A DNA stretch of 7,766 nt from positions 1 through 7,766 of the forward strand of contig CDMY01000969.1 of assembly GCA_001179505.1 (NCBI GenBank), in the 5' to 3' direction. Position 1 is the stretch's first letter. Every line of letters begins with the position of its first letter. The translations under genes and the position numbers were made by a program. Below the pieces are notes generated by a model. That model made no database searches. It had not been told where the DNA came from and worked only from the letters and a program-made list of their open reading frames with translations. The stretch comes from Vitrella brassicaformis CCMP3155 (lineage: Eukaryota; Protista; Chromerida). Shown piece after piece: positions 1-6,869 of the stretch.

Positions 1-149
1 AGGGCGAGATAGTTGGCACGGAATAGCGCTGAGCTCTTGGGCTGGTGGGAGATGTCATGCACGTGATGCTTGGCAATGGTGGGTGTTGATGATCTGACTC
101 TACTGTTGATGGTCCTGTCCTGGTGAACAACATCTTCGCCAGCAGTGAG

Positions 150-554
150 ATGGGCAGCAATGAAGCGCTCAAGACAGCCAAAAGTGTCGACAGCACAATG
201 CCCATGACTTCTGTTGAAGACATCTTTGAGAAGTACATCCCTGACAAAGAGCGTGAGCAAGTTATGATGGCGCTTTACGGCAAGGGGAGGTACGCCATTC
301 ACAGTGCGGAGTGACAAGATGAAGTCATCATTCATAAATTGCTTTGCGTGTTCACAATGTGGCCCTTCCCATACCAGGTGAAGTGGAGGAATTGGCTGAT
401 GCCAACAATTTTGAGGTCAAGCTTGCGTCGATAGTCAACCTGACTGTGCAGGAGGAGGTGAGGTAAATGGTGACTGTCTGATTATACACATGTGAACCAA
501 CGTGGTCGTTGTTGTGATATTCAGCTTCGTGCACCACACATTGTGAGGATAGCA
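150..554 (+). pseudogene. UPB1: 5' fragment of beta-ureidopropionase (beta-alanine synthase, nitrilase superfamily) with two introns; exons about 150-289, 358-457, 525-554
   Basis: The spliced reading MGSNEALKTAKSVDSTMPMTSVEDIFEKYIPDKEREQVMMALYGKGSVALPIPGEVEELADANNFEVKLASIVNLTVQEELRAPHIVRIA matches the recalled human UPB1 N-terminus (SLEECLEKHLP..EVKRVLYGK..LDLPREAFEAA..DFELQ..EEQLRRPRIVHVGLVQN). Intron 458-524 (67 nt) is GT-AG. Intron 290-357 (68 nt) starts GTACG but must end at CAA to keep frame. Similarity stops at about 554, before the conserved GL(V/I)QN and all catalytic residues. The ATG at 150 is tentative. Confidence 0.78.
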
Positions 555-725
555 AGCCTTATGGTCTCTGAAAATCCAAATCGGAGACAGCAAAAGGCCG
601 ATCAGTCTCTGCTTGAAGATCGGAAAAATCACCAAGAAGCGATTGCACAGATGAGCGAGCCTCTGCGATGGAGTCTTTCGTGCCTTTGCTATAACAGAAG
701 TGGTCGTAGTGGTTAAGCCGAAGAT

Positions 726-970
726 TGTTTGTGTCAATGCTATAATAAAATAGAGGAATGCCACGCAAGCTAATTTCTAAAGGTCGAAAATGTAGGAGAA
801 GGGGGTCGTTTCAATGGACTTGACAGCTTGTGTTGGCCGAATTCGATGTTTGTGTCAATGCTATAATAGAATAGAGGAATGCCACGCGAGCTAATTTTTA
901 AAGGTCGAAAATGTAGGAGAAGGGGGTCGTTTCAATGGACTTGACAGCTTGTGTTGGCCGAATTCGATGT
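726..970. repeat. Tandem duplication, 121-bp unit, about 2 copies (726-846, 847-967)
   Basis: Direct comparison shows 3 mismatches (A/G, A/G, C/T) over 121 bp. Confidence 0.97.
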
Positions 971-1159
971 CGTATGCGTTGATAGTTCATATCGGTGTTC
1001 TCATTCCCATGCATGTCCCCATGGCCCATACTGATGTCTCCCCTTGTTCCCTCCGTCCCTTTCGTCTTCATGGTAGCCTACCTTACGCACATTCATGCAC
1101 TGCATGCACGACGTCAGAAATGCATGTGTGAACGAAGAACTGCAGCCAGTCAACCGGTT

Positions 1160-1245
1160 CGTCACACAGACCGGCAGACAGCACAGCCACACGCACAACA
1201 CACGCACGGCCTCACGACACATGCATGACACGCGACACACATGGA
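1160..1245. repeat. CA-rich low-complexity tract, probably intronic or intergenic
   Basis: Degenerate CAC/CACG/CACA runs; overlapping ORFs on both strands are compositionally biased. Confidence 0.6.
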
Positions 1246-1344
1246 CGAATGAGAAAAGAAACAGACCAGTAGTGCACGGCTAGCTGCGAGCGATATGATG
1301 GCCCCGCCTTTCCCCCCAATGCAACGCGGCTTACTGGTGAACAG

Positions 1345-2072
1345 ATGTGTATCGTGTATCCAAGAAGCCCAGCTGGGTACGGGTGAAAAAGGAGTCAATC
1401 GAGAAAAGATGCATGTATGTGTGTTGAGGTGCACAAATACACGTGGAAGAGCAAACATCCCCCCCTCATGCATGCATGCAAGGCCAAGAAAGATGTTCCA
1501 AGCGAAGAACGATTCACTGCCTCAGATGGTCACGAACGTGCACCAGGCGTCATTCATTGAAGAAACCACGAACATGTAGCTGTGCGACGTCTCCGCCATG
1601 GCGTGGGGGGAGCCAGCTGTCAAGAAGGAGGCCGTGCTGGTGGAGCCCGGCGAGGAAGACGGGCAGGCGGGGGTGCAGAGGGACGCAGCATTTGACCTGT
1701 GCGTGAAAAACGCAGATGCGCTCCCCTACCGCAACCGCAACCACTCGACTCCCATCGTCCTCGACAAGGCCGCCAAATCAAAAAGACCAAGCACCTGTGC
1801 GAAGGCCGATCCATCCACTTCACCCCTCTGTGTGTCACGGTGGATGGGGTGTGGAGGAGAGAAGCGAACATGTTCTTTGGCCGTCAGGTTGAGCAGTTGC
1901 GTACACGGTCTGGCTGGAAAGAGAACTCGTATGGTCAGGTGATGGGATGGGTGCGTGTCCATCTGTCTGTTGCGTTGGCGCGTAGTGCTAGTTTGTGTGT
2001 GCGTGGTAGTCGGCGCCACTGGCAGATCCGCCAGGCGGGCGCTGCGGATGGGGCTGGCATGTTTGTCGCTGA
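1345..2072 (+). pseudogene. Unidentified multi-exon coding relic; putative exons 1345-1414, 1483-1768, 1840-1938, 2010-2072
   Basis: Removing intron-sized gaps (68, 71, 71 nt) gives one protein-like frame: VYRVSKKPSWVRVKKESIEKRCMPRKMFQAKNDSLPQMVTNVHQASFIEETTNM*LCDVSAMAWGEPAVKKEAVLVEPGEEDGQAGVQRDAAFDLCVKNADALPYRNRNHSTPIVLDKVDGVWRREANMFFGRQVEQLRTRSGWKENSYGQ. In-frame TAG at 1577-1579. The 1769-1839 gap has non-canonical ends (GC..CG). No family recognised. Confidence 0.42.
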
Positions 2073-2470
2073 GTGAGCGTTGAGTGATGGACTTTATCTA
2101 TTTCGTCTCATGTCGGACCGACAGACTCTACCTGACATTGCGCTACGCGTGAAAGTCTCTCTCTTCTGTAACTGTCCGACATGCACACGCGCGAATGTCG
2201 TATTAGAGTAGCGTGTGTGACCGGACCAATATAGTGCTGCAGAAGGAGTAAACAGACAGAAACAGGTATATCTATCGAAGCCAAGCTACGCATCCATTTC
2301 ATCATGCACTCGTGTGTGCGCCTCTTACAGGGCTTACTTACTGTGTGTCCTTCCTGTTCAGTTTGGTTTGAGGCCCCAAGTATATATCGCTCGCCACTCT
2401 CCGACATTGGCCGCAACATCTATCGCTCCTCGTTCGTACTGGCTAAGCCTGTCCAATATCAAATGCGTCT

Positions 2471-2564
2471 GTAAGTGCATATACACACTGTCCCCTCATC
2501 CCCTCCATCCCTCTCCTCTCCCTCCGTCATCACCCCCTCTCCCTCTCAACCTCCTCTCACTCAG
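2471..2564 (+). other. Putative spliceosomal intron (94 nt) with a long CT-rich tract
   Basis: GTAAGT donor at 2471, pyrimidine tract about 2491-2560, CTCAG acceptor ending 2564. Strand is ambiguous because almost the same interval also reads GT..AG on -. Confidence 0.5.
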
Positions 2565-2904
2565 GGCCCGCGGGAGTAGATGTATGTAGCGCATTGAGCA
2601 TCGCAGACCGTTGACGGACGTCGAGATGAGGAGGGCGAGGCGTTCGGAGGTCTTCAAGCCCGTCGTGAAGTGAGTTTCTTTTCAAGCAATCTGCGAGTGC
2701 CCCACGGCGATCGCGCAAGAGGGCGCGTCGCTTTGGGGCAGGCTCGCTTTGGGGCACCCGAGATCCGGAGAGCACCTTCATTCCTCACCCATCCTTTCAC
2801 CTCTTGAGCCGCACACTATCCATTCCCGAGCGTGGGATCGTTTTGTTTTCACCTCCTTCTCACCCATCAAGGAAAACTGAACCCATCAAGGCACGAGATC
2901 TCAG

Positions 2905-3015
2905 GTGAGAGGCCATCGGTTGGCACAAGAGGGGGGCGGGATTGGCGATGCTCATTCGTCAGACTCTAGTGCATCTATACACCTTTGCCATATTTTTTCG
3001 TGTGTGGTTCTGCAG
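2905..3015 (+). other. Putative 5' UTR intron of the lipase gene (111 nt)
   Basis: CAG|GTGAGA donor at 2905; TGTGTGGTTCTGCAG acceptor ending 3015, 9 nt before the ATG at 3025. Confidence 0.55.
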
Positions 3016-3024
3016 CGTGCAGTC

Positions 3025-4897
3025 ATGTTAGGAGGACTCTTGGAAGTGATTCTCATCGCCATCACGGTGTGGTTGGTGATGGCGATTGCTAAGTTCCAAG
3101 TGTGGTTGGTGATGGCGATTGCTAAGTTCCTGGTCGCCCATTTGCACATGCCGTTCCTGTCCTTAGTGGCATGCATCCATACCATGGGTTCGGAAATTGC
3201 CAGTTACTGGAAGGAAGCACATAAGGTAGGATGAGGTGAAGGGAGGGAGATGATGAGGCGAGCAAGGCGTCAGGGAAGGAAAAGGGTAGAAGAAAGTTGT
3301 CAATTTTGTGTTCCCCTGCCCATGCAGGAGCCAGCTATGTACGTCCGGGATGCGCTTCTTATTGCCAGTATCATCGTACTGGTGAAGGCCATCGTGAAGG
3401 CCATCTCCCCGAAGAAATATCAGGTAAGATGATCAGACGCATGCTTTCATGGCGGGGTTGTCAACTATGCCCTTTCTCTCCATGTGTGTGCATGCAGGAC
3501 TTCGTGCGATGGCTCGTGGGCTATGTTCTCGTCAACTTACTGGTGATGCTTGCGCGACTGTCAGGACTACCCACTCGGCTGACGCGTGATGCGAAGTACT
3601 TCAGACGGTTTTTTGCACTGTTCGTCCCATTTCCCAAGGATGCATTCGAAGAGTTGCCCACCGATGGAACCTACAACTACTCGCTGGTCAATGTGTGTGA
3701 CACGGAGTTTTTCATTGGCGGCCTCCCCTATGACGATGCCGAGGGCCTCTTCTCAGGAGAAAAAGGATTCGATGACGCCAACAATGTCCACTTTGCGAGC
3801 CTCTGCGCTAAGCTGGCCTACGAGCACTGCGATGTTGTGAAGGCGATCGTTAAGAAGTGGGGGGGATGGACCTTTGACGGTGTATTTTTGTCTCCAAAGT
3901 GTGGCGAGGACGAGGTCCCTTACGAGACCGCTGCTTATCTGATCAGCAACGCCAACTGCCACCTTGTCATCTTCCGCGGCACAATGCCATTTAGCCTCAT
4001 CCAGTGGTGGACTGACGCGCAGGTCACCTGGGAGGTCGTCAGGCTGCAAGAGGGGACTGAAGGGGAAGTGGTCTATGTTCATAAAGGCTTCAAGGATGCG
4101 TTAGAGGGGCGTTCAGGTTGTCAAAAGCCAAGCGTCCGCGAGCTCCTCAATGCAAAGCTGAGAGAATTGGCCACGCCTGAGGCCTTGGCCAAGACTGAAG
4201 GAGACAATCCGAAGCCGAAGCATATCTTTATCACGGGGCACAGCTTGGGGGGTGCACTGGCTTCCGTGTACGCCCATTCCCTCACCCTGCAGGACGAAGA
4301 GCTTAAGGACCGAGTGAAGGGCATTTGTACCTTCGGCCAGCCGCGCGTCGGTGGCGAGTCGTATATCGCGAGGTTCAATAGGTTCTTTGGGGAGATATGC
4401 CTGCGGTATGTGAATGACAGTGACATCGTCACTCGCCTTCCCTTGATGGACTGGGGCTACAAGCACCACAAGAGCAAGCGCTTCATTTCGGGCATGACGC
4501 GCGAGACCATCGCTGACCGCCAAGAAATCGAGAGAGAGCACTCATACTACTCGAACTGGATCCTGGTTTGGCTGGTCTGGTTTCACAAACTCCAGTGCAG
4601 CCTTTTGTCCGAGTCGTTCTTCCGGATCGTGACGCGCGTCTTCATTTGAAATTGTGTGTGTGACCACTTTCCGTGCGACTATGAGCGGGCACTGAGGAAA
4701 GCGATCAGGAAGAAAGTGATCGGTCTCTTGAGCGACTATGTGAGGGATTTGACCAACGCGGTAAGGATGCCTCACGGATTCTCTATAGATAAAGAGGCGA
4801 GCAAAACCTGGCTTGGTCATGTCATGTCTCGTATTTTGTTGTATGTGTCGTTGGGCAGAATATCATACAACTAATGCAGTGGTTCAAAGGAGTGTAG
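3025..4897 (+). CDS. Class 3 lipase (Lipase_3, alpha/beta hydrolase, OBL1-like) with hydrophobic N-terminus; exons 3025-3225, 3328-3423, 3498-4760, 4859-4897; internal in-frame TGA at 4647-4649 (482 aa truncated, 532 aa if read through); possibly a pseudogene
   Basis: Motifs FASLCAKLAYE, VIFRGT..F...W.TD, VHKGF, ITGHSLGGALA (Ser 4242-4244), TFGQPRVG and YVNDSDIVTRLP (Asp 4422-4424). DHFPCDY (His 4665-4667) lies in the same frame after the TGA. Three canonical GT-AG introns (3226-3327, 3424-3497, 4761-4858), all phase 0, join the exons in frame and end in NIIQLMQWFKGV-TAG. Confidence 0.88.
3067..3132 (+). repeat. In-frame 33-bp tandem duplication in lipase exon 1 (VWLVMAIAKFQ / VWLVMAIAKFL)
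   Basis: 3067-3097 is identical to 3100-3130 (31 nt). Confidence 0.97.
3382..3405 (+). repeat. In-frame 12-bp perfect tandem duplication in lipase exon 2 (VKAI VKAI)
   Basis: GTGAAGGCCATC occurs twice back to back. Confidence 0.9.
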
Positions 4898-5517
4898 ACC
4901 GACTGGTTTCCACAAGGAAGGAGGTCATTTTTTCTTTGTAAGGTAGGCTTTCTGTATGTGATTGCCTCAGTGAGCTCTTTTTTCTCTTAAGTGTTAAGTG
5001 TGTGCCGGGGTGTTTGTAGTTAGTGAGTATCTGAACGAAGAGCGCATGAGTGAGAGCGAGAGAGTATGACCACCACAGTCTGCAGTATTCAGCAGTATTC
5101 AGAAGCTCTTTGGTCAACAATCACTGATCTCGCTTTTTTCTGCCACTTTGTCCTGTGATGGTCTTTCTCTCTTCCCTCCCTCCTTTCCTGGCTTACTTTG
5201 ATCCCCTCTCTGCACGTACATGGGCAGTATGCATTGGCTTTTTCTACTGTGGAGGCTCTTTTTTCTCTCACCCTTCTGGTTCTGGCGTCTGCCTTGCATG
5301 GGGACTTTAATCTAGTCTGTCTTGCCTCTTCTTTTGCTGATTGATCGGTCCGTCCGATCGGCACCTTCAAGGTATGAATGCACCTTCTTCATTTGTACAT
5401 GTAACTCGAGGCATACTGCGAGGTTCCCCTTCTGCTCAAGTGACTCACTCTCTACCTCTTGAAGTCATCCTTATGTCTTGCCTTTGTAGTCTACCGGTAA
5501 GGCCAGAGAAAGCCCTA

Positions 5518-6176
5518 AACCCTGAAACAAACTTGTTCTGCATGATCTATGGAACTCATCGGAAGTGGAAAATAGAGAGAGTTACAAGGAAGTAAGCCAA
5601 AATGGGCTGTACAACAACAACGCACTAGAAAACACCTGAACAACTTCAAAGTGTGCCAAGTCCGATGAGGAGGACAGGCAGGATAATGAGACTTATAACT
5701 CAGAAACAAGCATCTTTTGTTGATCTACGTGAAATAAGCTGTCAAGTCCAATAAGGAGGGCAGGCAGGACAATGAGACTTATAACTCTGAAACAAGCATC
5801 TTTTGTAGGTCTATGGACTCCTGGGAAGTGGACACACCCTTAGGCTTTGCCTTCTCCAAACTAGCCAGCAGACTCACAGAGAATCCGCCTCAAGACCATT
5901 CATTGAGAAGTGGTTTTATGAAGGCATATCGTGCAATTGCAGCTGAGGTGCAAATTAAAAGCCGGAATGCAGTTATCATATCTCACTTCACACTATCGTC
6001 CTCTCTCCATGCCTGCAGCGGCATGTCATTCTTGTCGGGAATCCGTCAATCCGTGGAGGGGCCACTTTTTAACGTGTCTTCATGAGAAGAAGCGTTACAA
6101 TCAGTATGATATCATGGTGGTGGCTTCTTATTCTACTCTGAGAGAAGTCAAGTTGAAGGGAGTGAAGAAGAAAACA
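5518..6176 (+). pseudogene. Degenerate coding relic of unknown identity with a repeated N(P/S)ET(N/S)(L/I)FC motif and one canonical intron (5948-6018, 71 nt)
   Basis: Motif copies at about 5518, 5697 and 5783. GAG|GTGCAA donor at 5948 and pyrimidine tract plus CTGCAG acceptor at 6018. Stops or frameshifts prevent a confident frame call. Confidence 0.33.
5657..5813. repeat. Imperfect direct repeat, 86-bp period (5657-5727 vs 5743-5813)
   Basis: 7 mismatches in 71 aligned nt (about 90% identity). Confidence 0.93.
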
Positions 6177-6180
6177 GTAC

Positions 6181-6584
6181 ACACACTCCAAGTCGATGCG
6201 TGCATGCGCAGGTGTGCGCACAAAGACGTTCATCATATACACACACTCCACGTCCAGACGTGCATCCGCAGGTGTGCGCACAGAGACACTCATCATATAC
6301 ACATCCAAGTCGACTCGTGCATGCGCAGGTGTGCGCATACAGACATTCATCATATACACACACTCCACGTCCAGACACTCCAAGTCCAAACGTGCATGCG
6401 CAGGTCTACGCACACAGACATTCAAAATATATACACACTCCAAGTCCAGACGTGCATGCGCAGGTGTGCGCACACAGACATTCAGCATATATACACACTC
6501 CAAGTCGCCGCGTGCAGGTGTGCACACAGAGACATTCAAAATATACACACACTCCACGTCGACGCGTGCATGTGCAGATATGCG
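6181..6584. repeat. Minisatellite, 60-bp consensus unit, about 6.6 copies (60, 60, 57, 75, 60, 54 bp plus a partial copy)
   Basis: Units start ACACACTCCA (degenerate in copy 3) at 6181, 6241, 6301, 6358, 6433, 6493 and 6547; core CGTGCATGCGCAGGTGTGCGCAC. Confidence 0.96.
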
Positions 6585-6869
6585 AGGGTCCATCTTGCCG
6601 ATCGTCTTCTTTCTCTGGTTGATGTGTGCCTTGCAGCCAAAGGTGCGGATATGGCTGACATCAGGGGGATAGCCGATGTACAGCTCATGTGGTGTCTTCA
6701 TCCCCTCGTTGGCTGCTGTTGGCGTGCGGTTCTTGATGTATGTCGCTGTGGCTGTTGCATAGCATCAATAAGACGCGGATAAGCCGGTAGTGAAAAGAAG
6801 CACGCATGCCATAGCAGAGATCACACCGATAGCTCATTCAGCCACTTCATTCTGAGACTGATGATATGG
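6582..6869 (-). mobile_element. Degenerate Ty1/Copia LTR-retrotransposon integrase fragment (end of catalytic core through the GK(L/M)D motif)
   Basis: One minus frame reads PYHQSQNEVAE*AIGVISAMACVLLFTTGLSASY*CYATATATYIKNRTPTAANEGMKTPHELYIGYPPDVSHIRTFGCKAHINQRKKTIGKMDPR. This matches the Copia consensus PY.PQQNGVAER..RT..EM.R..L...GL...FW..A..TA.Y..NR.P......TPYEL..G.KPD.SHLR.FGC.AY......R.KLDPR. TGA replaces the conserved R (6834-6836) and W (6765-6767). No LTR, RT or RNase H is seen. Confidence 0.92.

Noticed and set aside
820-867. Perfect TTGACA (820-825) and TATAAT (862-867) resembling a sigma70 promoter
   Set aside because: Spacing is 36 nt rather than about 17, the pairing arises only across the repeat junction, and the context is eukaryotic.
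2150-2468. Minus-strand LYWSGHTRY as a PIF/Harbinger transposase Y.GHKR.H motif
   Set aside because: No upstream DGT and no downstream LKFQ-like or HD motif; the resemblance is too short.
3586-4820. Alternative-frame and antisense ORFs over the lipase (3586-3840, 3753-4082, 4113-4541, 4121-4432, 4542-4820)
   Set aside because: Shadow ORFs of a GC-rich coding exon with no recognisable motifs.
3025-4897. Variant genetic code (TGA = Trp) or selenocysteine explaining the in-frame TGAs
   Set aside because: The lipase encodes its Trp residues with TGG, one Copia TGA replaces Arg, TAG interruptions also occur, and no SECIS evidence is visible.
5343-5359. GATCGG/CCGATC hairpin as a Helitron 3' end
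   Set aside because: The nearest CTAG is about 28 nt away, versus about 10-12 nt in Helitrons, and a 6-bp stem is common by chance.
5089-5370. K/E/G-rich minus-strand ORFs as retroelement gag
   Set aside because: No zinc knuckle or other gag motif; explained by a pyrimidine-rich plus strand.
6181-6584. 60-bp array as a CRISPR
   Set aside because: Units are similar along their whole length with no unique spacers, and no cas genes are present.
5931-6782. 283-aa plus-strand ORF and overlapping ORFs 6196-6672 and 6200-6622 as real genes
   Set aside because: They are open because the triplet-length repeat lacks stops; the 3' part is the antisense of the Copia integrase.
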